Source of the DNA: Eledone cirrhosa
Taxonomy: Eukaryota
Reading direction: 5' to 3'
Assembly: GCA_964016885.1 (NCBI GenBank)
Contig: OZ024744.1
Span: 310,001-374,000 of the forward strand
Length of the DNA stretch: 64,000 nt
Part shown: positions 40,601 to 54,379 of the stretch, piece by piece
Layout: each line of letters begins with the position of its first letter
How positions within the stretch are numbered: position 1 is the first letter of the stretch
The notes under the pieces: generated by a model
What the model was told of the DNA's origin: nothing
Databases searched by the model: none
Seen by the model: only the letters and a program-made list of their open reading frames with translations
Position numbers and translations under genes: made by a program

Positions 40601-43600
40601 TTTCTCTACCTTGTCTTCCCTCAAAACTTCGTTCTTCACCAAGCTATCTTTCTCTATCTTGTCTTCCCTCAAAACTCCGTTCTTCATCAAGCTATCGTTC
40701 TCTACTTTGTCTTCCCTCGAAACGTCGTTCGTCACCAAGCTATCTTTCTCTACCTTGTCTTCCCTCAAAACTTCGTTCGTTCTTCACCAAGCTATCTTTC
40801 TCTACCTTGTCTTCCCTCAAAACTTCGTTATTCACCAAGCTATCTTTCTCTACCTTGTCTTCCCTCAAAACTTCGTTCTTCACCAAGCTATCTTTCTCTA
40901 CCTTGTCTTCCCTCAAAACTTCGTTCTTCACCAAGCTATCTTTCTCTACCTTGTCTTCCCCCAGAACATCGTTCTTCACCAAGCTATCTTTCTCTACCTT
41001 GTCTTCCCTCAAAACTTCGTTATTCACCAAGCTATCTTTCTCTACCTTGCCTTCCTGCAAAACTTCGTTCTTCATCAAGCTATCTTTCTCTACTTTGTCT
41101 TCCCTCAAAACATCGTTCGTTCTTCATCAAGCTATCTTTCTCTACCTTGTCTTCCCTCAAGACTTCGTTCGTCACCAAGCTATCTTTCTCTACATTGTCT
41201 TCCCCCAAAACTTCGTTCTTCATCAAGCTATCTTTCTCTACCTTGTCTTCCCTCAAAACGTCGTTCTTAACCAAGCTATCTTTCTCTACCTTGTCTTCCC
41301 ACAAAACTTCGTTCTTCATCAAGCTATCTTTCTCTACCTTGTCTTCCCTCAAAACGTCGTTCTTCACCAAGATATCTTTCTCTACCTTGTCCCCCAAAAC
41401 TTCGTTCTTCACCAAGCTATCTTTCTCTACCTTGTCTACCCCCAAAACTTCGTTCTTCACCAAGCTATCTTTCTCTACCCTGTCTTCCCCCAAAACTTCG
41501 TTCCTCACCAAGCTATCTTTCTCTACCTTGTCTTCCCTCAAAACTTCGTTCTTCACCAAGCTATCTTTCTCTACCTTGTCTTCCCTCAAAATTTCGTTCT
41601 TCACCAAGCTATCTTTCTCTACCTTGTCTTCCCTCAAAACTTCGTTCTTCACCAAGCTATCTTTCCCTACCTTTTTTTCCCCCAAAACTCCGTTCTTCAC
41701 CAAACTATCTTTCTCTACCTTGTCTTTCCTCAAAACTTCGTTCTTCACCAAGCTATCTTTCTCTATCTTGTCTTCCCTCAAAACTCCGTTCTTCATCAAG
41801 CTATCGTTCTCTACTTTGTCTTCCCTCGAAACGTCGTTCTTCACCAAGCTATCTTTCTCTACCTTGTCTTCCCTCAAAACTTCGTTCGTTCTTCACCAAG
41901 CTATCTTTCTCTACCTTGTCTTCCCCCAAAACTTCGTTCTTCACAAGCTATCCTTCTCTACCTTGTCTTCCCTCAAAACTTCGTTCTTCACCAAGCTATC
42001 TTTCTCTACCTTGTCTTCCCTCAAAACTTCGTTCTTGATCAAGCTATCTTTCTATTCCTTGTCTTCCCTCAAAACTTCGTTCTTCACCAAGCTATCTTTC
42101 TCTACTTTGTCTTCCCTCAAAACATCGTTCGTTCTTCATCAAGCTATCTTTCTCTATCTTGTCTTCCCTCAAGACTTCGTTCGTCACCAAGCTATCTTTC
42201 TCTACATTGTCTTCCCCCAAAACTTCGTTCTTCATCAAGCTATCTTTCTCTACCTTGTCTTCCCACAAAACGTCGTTCTTCACCAAGCTATCTTTCCCTA
42301 CCTTGTCTTCCCTCAAAACGTCGTTCTTCACCAAGCTATCTTTCTCTACCCATTCTTCTCTCAAAACTTCGTTCTTCACCAAGCTCTCTTTCTCTACCTT
42401 GTCTTCCCTCAAAACTTCGTTCTTCACCAGGCTATCTTTCTCAACCCTGTCTTCCCCCAAAACTTCGTTCCTCACCAAGCTATCTTTCTCTACCTTGTCT
42501 TCCCTCAAAACTTCGTTCTTCACCAAGCTATCTTTCTCTACCTTTTTTTCCCCCAAAACTCCGTTCTTCACCAAACTATCTTTCTCTACCTTGTCTTCCC
42601 TCAAAACTTCGTTCTTCACCAAGCTATCTTTCTCTATCTTGTCTTCCCTCAAAACTCCGTTCTTCATCAAGCTATCGTTCTCTACTTTGTCTTCCCTCGA
42701 AACGTCGTTCGTCACCAAGCTATCTTTCTCTACCTTGTCTTCCCTCAAAACTTCGTTCGTTCTTCACCAAGCTATCTTTCTCTAACTTGTCTTCCCCCAA
42801 AACGTCGTTCTTCACCAAGCTATCTTTCTCTACCTTGTCTTCCCTCAAAACTTCGTTCGTTCTTCACCAAGCTATCTTTCTCTACCTTGTCTTCCCCCAC
42901 AACTTCGTTCTTCACAAGCTATCCTTCTCTACCTTGTCTTCCCTCAAAACTTCGTTCTTCACCAAGCTATCTTTCTCTACCTTGTCTTCCCTCAAAACTT
43001 CGTTCTTGATCAAGCTATCTTTCTATTCCTTGTCTTCCCTCAAAATTCGTTCTTCACCAAGCTATCTTTCTCTACTTTGTCTTTCCTCAAAACATCGTTC
43101 GTTCTTCATCAAGCTATCTTTCTCTATCTTGTCTTCCCTCAAGACTTCGTTCGTCACCAAGCTATCTTTCTCTACATTGTCTTCCCCCCAAACTTCGTTC
43201 TTCATCAAGCTATCTTTCTCTACTTTGTCTTCCCTCAAAACATCGTTCGTTCTTCATCAAGCTATCTTTCTCTACCTTGTCTTCCCTCAAGACTTCGTTC
43301 GTCACCAAGCTATCTTTCTCTACATTGTCTTCCCCCAAAACTTCGTTCTTCATCAAGCTATCTTTCTCTACCTTGTCTTCCCTCAAAACGTCGTTCTTAA
43401 CCAAGCTATCTTTCTCTACCTTGTCTTCCCACAAAACTTCGTTCTTCATCAAGCTATCTTTCTCTACCTTGTCTTCCCACAAAACTTCGTTCTTCACCAA
43501 GCTATCTCTCTCTACCTTGTCTTCCCACAAAACGTCGTTCTTCACCAAGCTATCTTTCGCTACCTTGTCTTCCCTCAAAACGTCGTTCTTCACCAAGCTA

Positions 43601-46600
43601 TCTTTCTCTACCCATTCTTCTCTTAAAACTTCGTTCTTCACCAAGCTCTCTTTCTCTACCTTGTCTTCCCTCAAAACTTCGTTCTTCACCAAGCTATCTT
43701 TCTCTACCCTGTCTTCCCCCAAAACTTCGTTCCTCACCAAGCTATCTTTCTCTACCTTGTCTTCCCTCAAAACTTCGTTCTTCACCAAGCTATCTTTCTC
43801 TACCTTGTCTTCCCTCAAAATTTCGTTCTTCACCAAGCTATCTTTCTCTACCTTGTCTTCCCTCAAAACTTCGTTCTTCACCAAGCTATCTTTCCCTACC
43901 TTTTTTTCCCCCAAAACTCCGTTTTTCACCAAACTATCTTTCTCTACCTTGTCTTCCCTCAAAATTTCGTTCTTCACCAAGCTATCTTTCTCTATCTTGT
44001 CTTCCCTCAAAACTCCGTTCTTCATCAAGCTATCGTTCTCTACTTTGTCTTCCCTCGAAACGTCGTTCTTCACCAAGCTATCTTTCTCTACCTTGTCTTC
44101 CCTCAAAACTTCGTTCGTTCTTCACCAAGCTATCTTTCTCTACCTTGTCTTCCCCCAAAACTTCGTTCTTCACAAGCTATCCTTCTCTACCTTGTCTTCC
44201 CTCAAAACTTCGTTCTTCACCAAGCTATCTTTCTCTACCTTGTCTTCCCTCAAAACTTCGTTCTTGATCAAGCTATCTTTCTATTCCTTGTCTTCCCTCA
44301 AAACTTCGTTCTTCACCAAGCTATCTTTCTCTACTTTGTCTTCCCCCAAAACTTCGTTCTTCATCAAGCTATCTTTCTCTACCTTGTCTTCCCACAAAAC
44401 GTCGTTCTTCACCAAGCTATCTTTCCCTACCTTGTCTTCCCTCAAAACGTCGTTCTTCACCAAGCTATCTTTCTCTACCCATTCTTCTCTCAAAACTTCG
44501 TTCTTCACCAAGCTCTCTTTCTCTACCTTGTCTTCCCTCAAAACTTCGTTCTTCACCAGGCTATCTTTCTCAACCCTGTCTTCCCCCAAAACTTCGTTCC
44601 TCACCAAGCTATCTTTCTCTACCTTGTCTTCCCTCAAAACTTCGTTCTTCACCAAGCTATCTTTCTCTACCTTTTTTTCCCCCAAAACTCCGTTCTTCAC
44701 CAAACTATCTTTCTCTACCTTGTCTTCCCTCAAAACTTCGTTCTTCACCAAGCTATCTTTCTCTATCTTGTCTTCCCTCAAAACTCCGTTCTTCATCAAG
44801 CTATCGTTCTCTACTTTGTCTTCCCTCGAAACGTCGTTCGTCACCAAGCTATCTTTCTCTACCTTGTCTTCCCTCAAAACTTCGTTCGTTCTTCACCAAG
44901 CTATCTTTCTCTACCTTGTCTTCCCTCAAAACTTCGTTATTCACCAAGCTATCTTTCTCTACCTTGTCTTCCCTCAAAACTTCGTTCTTCACCAAGCTAT
45001 CTTTCTCTACCTTGTCTTCCCTCAAAACTTCGTTCTTCACCAAGCTATCTTTCTCTACCTTGTCTTCCCCCAGAACATCGTTCTTCACCAAGCTATCTTT
45101 CTCTACCTTGTCTTCCCTCAAAACTTCGTTATTCACCAAGCTATCTTTCTCTACCTTGCCTTCCTGCAAAACTTCGTTCTTCATCAAGCTATCTTTCTCT
45201 ACTTTGTCTTCCCTCAAAACATCGTTCGTTCTTCATCAAGCTATCTTTCTCTACCTTGTCTTCCCTCAAGACTTCGTTCGTCACCAAGCTATCTTTCTCT
45301 ACATTGTCTTCCCCCAAAACTTCGTTCTTCATCAAGCTATCTTTCTCTACCTTGTCTTCCCTCAAAACGTCGTTCTTAACCAAGCTATCTTTCTCTACCT
45401 TGTCTTCCCACAAAACTTCGTTCTTCATCAAGCTATCTTTCTCTACCTTGTCTTCCCTCAAAACGTCGTTCTTCACCAAGATATCTTTCTCTACCTTGTC
45501 CCCCAAAACTTCGTTCTTCACCAAGCTATCTTTCTCTACCTTGTCTACCCCCAAAACTTCGTTCTTCACCAAGCTATCTTTCTCTACCCTGTCTTCCCCC
45601 AAAACTTCGTTCCTCACCAAGCTATCTTTCTCTACCTTGTCTTCCCTCAAAACTTCGTTCTTCACCAAGCTATCTTTCTCTACCTTGTCTTCCCTCAAAA
45701 TTTCGTTCTTCACCAAGCTATCTTTCTCTACCTTGTCTTCCCTCAAAACTTCGTTCTTCACCAAGCTATCTTTCCCTACCTTTTTTTCCCCCAAAACTCC
45801 GTTCTTCACCAAACTATCTTTCTCTACCTTGTCTTTCCTCAAAACTTCGTTCTTCACCAAGCTATCTTTCTCTATCTTGTCTTCCCTCAAAACTCCGTTC
45901 TTCATCAAGCTATCGTTCTCTACTTTGTCTTCCCTCGAAACGTCGTTCTTCACCAAGCTATCTTTCTCTACCTTGTCTTCCCTCAAAACTTCGTTCGTTC
46001 TTCACCAAGCTATCTTTCTCTACCTTGTCATCCCCCAAAACTTCGTTCTTCACAAGCTATCCTTCTCTACCTTGTCTTCCCTCAAAACTTCGTTCTTCAC
46101 CAAGCTATCTTTCTCTACCTTGTCTTCCCTCAAAACTTCGTTCTTGATCAAGCTATCTTTCTATTCCTTGTCTTCCCTCAAAACTTCGTTCTTCACCAAG
46201 CTATCTTTCTCTACTTTGTCTTCCCTCAAAACATCGTTCGTTCTTCATCAAGCTATCTTTCTCTATCTTGTCTTCCCTCAAGACTTCGTTCGTCACCAAG
46301 CTATCTTTCTCTACATTGTCTTCCCCCAAAACTTCGTTCTTCATCAAGCTATCTTTCTCTACCTTGTCTTCCCACAAAACGTCGTTCTTCACCAAGCTAT
46401 CTTTCCCTACCTTGTCTTCCCTCAAAACGTCGTTCTTCACCAAGCTATCTTTCTCTACCCATTCTTCTCTCAAAACTTCGTTCTTCACCAAGCTCTCTTT
46501 CTCTACCTTGTCTTCCCTCAAAACTTCGTTCTTCACCAGGCTATCTTTCTCAACCCTGTCTTCCCCCAAAACTTCGTTCCTCACCAAGCTATCTTTCTCT

Positions 46601-49600
46601 ACCTTGTCTTCCCTCAAAACTTCGTTCTTCACCAAGCTATCTTTCTCTACCTTTTTTTCCCCCAAAACTCCGTTCTTCACCAAACTATCTTTCTCTACCT
46701 TGTCTTCCCTCAAAACTTCGTTCTTCACCAAGCTATCTTTCTCTATCTTGTCTTCCCTCAAAACTCCGTTCTTCATCAAGCTATCGTTCTCTACTTTGTC
46801 TTCCCTCGAAACGTCGTTCGTCACCAAGCTATCTTTCTCTACCTTGTCTTCCCTCAAAACTTCGTTCGTTCTTCACCAAGCTATCTTTCTCTAACTTGTC
46901 TTCCCCCAAAACGTCGTTCTTCACCAAGCTATCTTTCTCTACCTTGTCTTCCCTCAAAACTTCGTTCGTTCTTCACCAAGCTATCTTTCTCTACCTTGTC
47001 TTCCCCCACAACTTCGTTCTTCACAAGCTATCCTTCTCTACCTTGTCTTCCCTCAAAACTTCGTTCTTCACCAAGCTATCTTTCTCTACCTTGTCTTCCC
47101 TCAAAACTTCGTTCTTGATCAAGCTATCTTTCTATTCCTTGTCTTCCCTCAAAATTCGTTCTTCACCAAGCTATCTTTCTCTACTTTGTCTTTCCTCAAA
47201 ACATCGTTCGTTCTTCATCAAGCTATCTTTCTCTATCTTGTCTTCCCTCAAGACTTCGTTCGTCACCAAGCTATCTTTCTCTACATTGTCTTCCCCCCAA
47301 ACTTCGTTCTTCATCAAGCTATCTTCTCTACCTTGTCTTCCCACAAAACGTCGTTCTTCACCAAGCTATCTTTCCCTACCTTGTCTTCCCTCAAAACGTC
47401 GTTCTTCACCAAGCTATCTTTCTCTACCCATTCTTCTCTCAAAACTTCGTTCTTCACCAAGCTCTCTTTCTCTACCTTGTCTTCCCTCAAAACTTCGTTC
47501 TTCACCAGGCTATCTTTCTCAACCCTGTCTTCCCCCAAAACTTCGTTCCTCACCAAGCTATCTTTCTCTACCTTGTCTTCCCTCAAAACTTCGTTCTTCA
47601 CCAAGCTATCTTTCTCTACCTTTTTTTCCCCCAAAACTCCGTTCTTCACCAAACTATCTTTCTCTACCTTGTCTTCCCTCAAAACTTCGTTCTTCACCAA
47701 GCTATCTTTCTCTACCTTTTTTTCCCCCAAAACTCCGTTCTTCACAAGCTATCCTTCTCTACCTTGTCTTCCCTCAAAACTTCGTTCTTCACCAAGCTAT
47801 CTTTCTCTACCTTGTCTTCCCTCAAAACTTCGTTCTTGATCAAGCTATCTTTCTATACCTTGTCTTCCATCAAAACTTCGTTCTTCACCAAGCTATCTTT
47901 CTCTACCTTGTCTTCCCTCAAAACTTCGTTCTTCACCAAGCTATCTTTCTCTATCTTGTCTTCCCTCAAAACTCCGTTCTTCATCAAGCTATCGTTCTCT
48001 ACTTTGTCTTCCCTCAAAACGTCGTTCTTCACCAAGCTATCTTTCTCTACCTTGTCTTCCCTCAAAACTTCGTTCGTTCTTCACCAAGCTATCTTTCTCT
48101 ACCTTGTCTTCCCTCAAAACTTCGTTATTCACCAAGCTATCTTTCTCTACCTTGTCTTCCCTCAAAACTTCGTTCTTCACCAAGCTATCTTTCTCTACCT
48201 TGTCTTCCCTCAAAACTTCGTTCTTCACCAAGCTATCTTTCTCTACCTTGTCTTCCCCCAGAACATCGTTCTTCACCAAGCTATCTTTCTCTACCTTGTC
48301 TTCCCTCAAAACTTCGTTATTCACCAAGCTATCTTTCTCTACCTTGCCTTCCTGCAAAACTTCGTTCTTCATCAAGCTATCTTTCTCTACTTTGTCTTCC
48401 CTCAAAACATCGTTCGTTCTTCATCAAGCTATCTTTCTCTACCTTGTCTTCCCTCAAGACTTCGTTCGTCACCAAGCTATCTTTCTCTACATTGTCTTCC
48501 CCCAAAACTTCGTTCTTCATCAAGCTATCTTTCTCTACCTTGTCTTCCCTCAAAACGTCGTTCTTAACCAAGCTATCTTTCTCTACCTTGTCTTCCCACA
48601 AAACTTCGTTCTTCATCAAGCTATCTTTCTCTACCTTGTCTTCCCACAAAACTTCGTTCTTCACCAAGCTATCTCTCTCTACCTTGTCTTCCCACAAAAC
48701 GTCGTTCTTCACCAAGCTATCTTTCGCTACCTTGTCTTCCCTCAAAACGTCGTTCTTCACCAAGCTATCTTTCTCTACCCATTCTTCTCTTAAAACTTCG
48801 TTCTTCACCAAGCTCTCTTTCTCTACCTTGTCTTCCCTCAAAACTTCGTTCTTCACCAAGCTATCTTTCTCTACCCTGTCTTCCCCCAAAACTTCGTTCC
48901 TCACCAAGCTATCTTTCTCTACCTTGTCTTCCCTCAAAACTTCGTTCTTCACCAAGCTATCTTTCTCTACCTTGTCTTCCCTCAAAATTTCGTTCTTCAC
49001 CAAGCTATCTTTCTCTACCTTGTCTTCCCTCAAAACTTCGTTCTTCACCAAGCTATCTTTCCCTACCTTTTTTTCCCCCAAAACTCCGTTTTTCACCAAA
49101 CTATCTTTCTCTACCTTGTCTTCCCTCAAAATTTCGTTCTTCACCAAGCTATCTTTCTCTATCTTGTCTTCCCTCAAAACTCCGTTCTTCATCAAGCTAT
49201 CGTTCTCTACTTTGTCTTCCCTCGAAACGTCGTTCTTCACCAAGCTATCTTTCTCTACCTTGTCTTCCCTCAAAACTTCGTTCGTTCTTCACCAAGCTAT
49301 CTTTCTCTACCTTGTCTTCCCCCAAAACTTCGTTCTTCACAAGCTATCCTTCTCTACCTTGTCTTCCCTCAAAACTTCGTTCTTCACCAAGCTATCTTTC
49401 TCTACCTTGTCTTCCCTCAAAACTTCGTTCTTGATCAAGCTATCTTTCTATTCCTTGTCTTCCCTCAAAACTTCGTTCTTCACCAAGCTATCTTTCTCTA
49501 CTTTGTCTTCCCCCAAAACTTCGTTCTTCATCAAGCTATCTTTCTCTACCTTGTCTTCCCACAAAACGTCGTTCTTCACCAAGCTATCTTTCCCTACCTT

Positions 49601-51000
49601 GTCTTCCCTCAAAACGTCGTTCTTCACCAAGCTATCTTTCTCTACCCATTCTTCTCTCAAAACTTCGTTCTTCACCAAGCTCTCTTTCTCTACCTTGTCT
49701 TCCCTCAAAACTTCGTTCTTCACCAGGCTATCTTTCTCAACCCTGTCTTCCCCCAAAACTTCGTTCCTCACCAAGCTATCTTTCTCTACCTTGTCTTCCC
49801 TCAAAACTTCGTTCTTCACCAAGCTATCTTTCTCTACCTTTTTTTCCCCCAAAACTCCGTTCTTCACCAAACTATCTTTCTCTACCTTGTCTTCCCTCAA
49901 AACTTCGTTCTTCACCAAGCTATCTTTCTCTATCTTGTCTTCCCTCAAAACTCCGTTCTTCATCAAGCTATCGTTCTCTACTTTGTCTTCCCTCGAAACG
50001 TCGTTCGTCACCAAGCTATCTTTCTCTACCTTGTCTTCCCTCAAAACTTCGTTCGTTCTTCACCAAGCTATCTTTCTCTACCTTGTCTTCCCTCAAAACT
50101 TCGTTATTCACCAAGCTATCTTTCTCTACCTTGTCTTCCCTCAAAACTTCGTTCTTCACCAAGCTATCTTTCTCTACCTTGTCTTCCCTCAAAACTTCGT
50201 TCTTCACCAAGCTATCTTTCTCTACCTTGTCTTCCCCCAGAACATCGTTCTTCACCAAGCTATCTTTCTCTACCTTGTCTTCCCTCAAAACTTCGTTATT
50301 CACCAAGCTATCTTTCTCTACCTTGCCTTCCTGCAAAACTTCGTTCTTCATCAAGCTATCTTTGTCTACTTTGTCTTCCCTCAAAACATCGTTCGTTCTT
50401 CATCAAGCTATCTTTCTCTACCTTGTCTTCCCTCAAGACTTCGTTCGTCACCAAGCTATCTTTCTCTACATTGTCTTCCCCAAAACTTCGTTCTTCATCA
50501 AGCTATCTTTCTCTAACTTGTCTTCCCTCAAAACGTCGTTCTTAACCAAGCTATCTTTCTCTACCTTGTCTTCCCACAAAACTTCGTTCTTCATCAAGCT
50601 ATCTTTCTCTACCTTGTCTTCCCTCAAAACGTCGTTCTTCACCAAGATATCTTTCTCTACCTTGTCTTCCCCCAAAACTTCGTTCTTCACCAAGCTATCT
50701 TTCTCTACCTTGTCTACCCCCAAAACTTCGTTCTTCACCAAGCTATCTTTCTCTACCCTGTCTTCCCCCAAAACTTCGTTCCTCACCAAGCTATCTTTCT
50801 CTACCTTGTCTTCCCTCAAAACGTCGTTCTTAACCAAGCTATCTTTCTCTACCTTGTCTTCCCTCAAAATTTCGTTCTTCACCAAGCTATCTTTCTCTAC
50901 CTTGTCTTCCCTCAAAACTTCGTTCTTCACCAAGCTATCTTTCCCTACCTTATTTTCCCCCAAAACTCCGTTCTTCACCAAACTATCTTTCTCTACCTTG
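35600..51000. repeat. Higher-order repeat, 5167 bp = 107 monomers: full copy, 4109-bp copy lacking about 1058 bp, full copy, then a diverged partial copy
   Basis: ORF starts 35640, 40807, 44916 and 50083 (5167, 4109, 5167). Private variants CCCCACAACTTCG, CAAAATTCGTT (47-mer) and CCCCCCAAAC recur. Segment about 38043-39100 is present at +9276 but absent from the middle copy. Confidence 0.92.
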
Positions 51001-51199
51001 TCTTTCCTCAAAACATCGTTCGTTCTTCATCAAGCTATCTTTCTCTATCTTGTCTTCCCTCAAGACTTCGTTCGTCACCAAGCTATCTTTCTCTACATTG
51101 TCTTCCCCCAAAACTTCGTTCTTCATCAAGCTATCTTTCTCTACCTTGTCTTCCCACAAAACGTCGTTCTTCACCAAGCTATCTTTCCCTACCTTGTCT

Positions 51200-54100
51200 T
51201 CCCTCAAAACGTCGTTCTTCACCAAGCTATCTTTCTCTACCCATTCTTCTCTCAAAACTTCGTTCTTCACCAAGCTCTCTTTCTCTACCTTGTCTTCCCT
51301 CAAAACTTCGTTCTTCACCAGGCTATCTTTCTCAACCCTGTCTTCCCCCAAAACTTCGTTCCTCACCAAGCTATCTTTCTCTACCTTGTCTTCCCTCAAA
51401 ACTTCGTTCTTCACCAAGCTATCTTTCTCTACCTTTTTTTCCCCCAAAACTCCGTTCTTCACCAAACTATCTTTCTCTACCTTGTCTTCCCTCAAAACTT
51501 CGTTCTTCACCAAGCTATCTTTCTCTATCTTGTCTTCCCTCAAAACTCCGTTCTTCATCAAGCTATCGTTCTCTACTTTGTCTTCCCTCGAAACGTCGTT
51601 CGTCACCAAGCTATCTTTCTCTACCTTGTCTTCCCTCAAAACTTCGTTCGTTCTTCACCAAGCTATCTTTCTCTAACTTGTCTTCCCCCAAAACTTCGTT
51701 CTTCACAAGCTATCCTTCTCTACCTTGTCTTCCCTCAAAACTTCGTTCTTCACCAAGCTATCTTTCTCTACCTTGTCTTCCCTCAAAACTTCGTTCTTGA
51801 TCAAGCTATCTTTCTATACCTTGTCTTCCATCAAAACTTCGTTCTTCACCAAGCTATCTTTCTCTACCTTGTCTTCCCTCAAAACTTCGTTCTTCACCAA
51901 GCTATCTTTCTCTATCTTGTCTTCCCTCAAAACTCCGTTCTTCATCAAGCTATCGTTCTCTACTTTGTCCTCCCTCAAAACGTCGTTCTTCACCAAGCTA
52001 TCTTTCTCTACCTTGTCTTCCCTCAAAACTTCGTTCGTTCTTCACCAAGCTATCTTTCTCTACCTTGTCTTCCCTCAAAACTTCGTTATTCACCAAGCTA
52101 TCTTTCTCTACCTTGTCTTCCCTCAAAACTTCGTTCTTCACCAAGCTATCTTTCTCTACCTTGTCTTCCCTCAAAACTTCGTTCTTCACCAAGCTATCTT
52201 TCTCTACCTTGTCTTCCCCCAGAACATCGTTCTTCACCAAGCTATCTTTCTCTACCTTCTCTTCCCTCAAAACTTCGTTATTCACCAAGCTATATTTCTC
52301 TACCTTGCCTTCCTGCAAAACTTCGTTCTTCATCAAGCTATCTTTCTCTACTTTGTCTTCCCTCAAAACATCGTTCGTTCTTCATCAAGCTATCTTTCTC
52401 TACCTTGTCTTCCGTCAAGACTTCGTTCGTCACCAAGCTATCTTTCTCTACATTGTCTTCCCCCAAAACTTCGTTCTTCACCAAGCTATCTTTCTCTACC
52501 TTGTCTACCCCCAAAACTTCGTTCTTCACCAAGCTATCTTTCTCTACCTTGTCTTCCCACAAAACTTCGTTCTTCACCAAGCTATCTCTCTCTACCTTGT
52601 CTTCCCACAAAACGTCGTTCTTCACCAAGCTATCTTTCGCTACCTTGTCTTCCCTCAAAACGTCGTTCTTCACCAAGCTATCTTTCTCTACCCATTCTTC
52701 TCTCAAAACTTCGTTCTTCACCAAGCTCTCTTTCTCTACCTTGTCTTCCCTCAAAACTTCGTTCTTCACCAGGCTATCTTTCTCAACCCTGTCTTCCCCC
52801 AAAACTTCGTTCCTCACCAAGCTATCTTTCTCTACCTTGTCTTCCCTCAAAACTTCGTTCTTCACCAAGCTATCTTTCTCTACCTTTTTTTCCCCCAAAA
52901 CTCCGTTCTTCACCAAACTATCTTTCTCTACCTTGTCTTCCCTCAAAACTTCGTTCTTCACCAAGCTATCTTTCTCTATCTTGTCTTCCCTCAAAACTCC
53001 GTTCTTCATCAAGCTATCGTTCTCTACTTTGTCTTCCCTCGAAACGTCGTTCGTCACCAAGCTATCTTTCTCTACCTTGTCTTCCCTCAAAACTTCGTTC
53101 GTTCTTCACCAAGCTATCTTTCTCTAACTTGTCTTCCCCCAAAACTTCGTTCTTCACAAGCTATCCTTCTCTACCTTGTCTTCCCTCAAAACTTCGTTCT
53201 TCACCAAGCTATCTTTCTCTACCTTGTCTTCCCTCAAAACTTCGTTCTTGATCAAGCTATCTTTCTATACCTTGTCTTCCATCAAAACTTCGTTCTTCAC
53301 CAAGCTATCTTTCTCTACCTTGTCTTCCCTCAAAACTTCGTTCTTCACCAAGCTATCTTTCTCTATCTTGTCTTCCCTCAAAACTCCGTTCTTCATCAAG
53401 CTATCGTTCTCTACTTTGTCCTCCCTCAAAACGTCGTTCTTCACCAAGCTATCTTTCTCTACCTTGTCTTCCCTCAAAACTTCGTTCGTTCTTCACCAAG
53501 CTATCTTTCTCTACCTTGTCTTCCCTCAAAACTTCGTTATTCACCAAGCTATCTTTCTCTACCTTGTCTTCCCTCAAAACTTCGTTCTTCACCAAGCTAT
53601 CTTTCTCTACCTTGTCTTCCCTCAAAACTTCGTTCTTCACCAAGCTATCTTTCTCTACCTTGTCTTCCCCCAGAACATCGTTCTTCACCAAGCTATCTTT
53701 CTCTACCTTCTCTTCCCTCAAAACTTCGTTATTCACCAAGCTATATTTCTCTACCTTGCCTTCCTGCAAAACTTCGTTCTTCATCAAGCTATCTTTCTCT
53801 ACTTTGTCTTCCCTCAAAACATCGTTCGTTCTTCATCAAGCTATCTTTCTCTACCTTGTCTTCCGTCAATACTTCGTTCGTCACCAAGCTATCTTTCTCT
53901 ACATTGTCTTCCCCCAAAACTTCGTTCTTCACCAAGCTATCTTTCTCTACCTTGTCTACCCCCAAAACTTCGTTCTTCACCAAGCTATCTTTCTCTACCT
54001 TGTCTTCCCACAAAACTTCGTTCTTCACCAAGCTATCTCTCTCTACCTTGTCTTCCCACAAAACGTCGTTCTTCACCAAGCTATCTTTCGCTACCTTGTC

Positions 54101-54200
54101 TTCCCTCAAAACGTCGTTCTTCACCAAGCTATCTTTCTCTACCCATTCTTCTCTTAAAACTTCGTTCTTCACCAAGCTCTCTTTCTCTACCTTGTCTTCC
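51200..54200. repeat. Tandem higher-order repeat, 1451 bp = 30 monomers, 2 copies
   Basis: ORF pairs 51725/53176, 51814/53265, 51998/53449 and 52338/53789. Private variants TTGTCCTCCC, ACCTTCTCTTCC and TTCCGTCAA occur in both copies. Confidence 0.9.
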
Positions 54201-54379
54201 CTCAAAACTTCGTTCTTCACCAAGCTATCTTTCTCTACCCTGTCTTCCCCCAAAACTTCGTTCCTCACCAAGCTATCTTTATCTACCTTGTCTTCCCTCA
54301 AAACTTCGTTCTTCACCAAGCTATCTTTCTCTACCTTGTCTACCCTCAAAATTTCGTTCTTCACCAAGCTATCTTTCTC

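Noticed and set aside
35640-41270. Very long + strand ORFs (e.g. 1876, 1866, 1829, 1643, 1642 aa) as protein-coding genes
   Set aside because: All three + frames of the monomer are stop-free, so long ORFs are automatic. They overlap each other, mostly start at TTG within the repeat, switch among three unrelated repeat peptides at indels, and have no unique domain.
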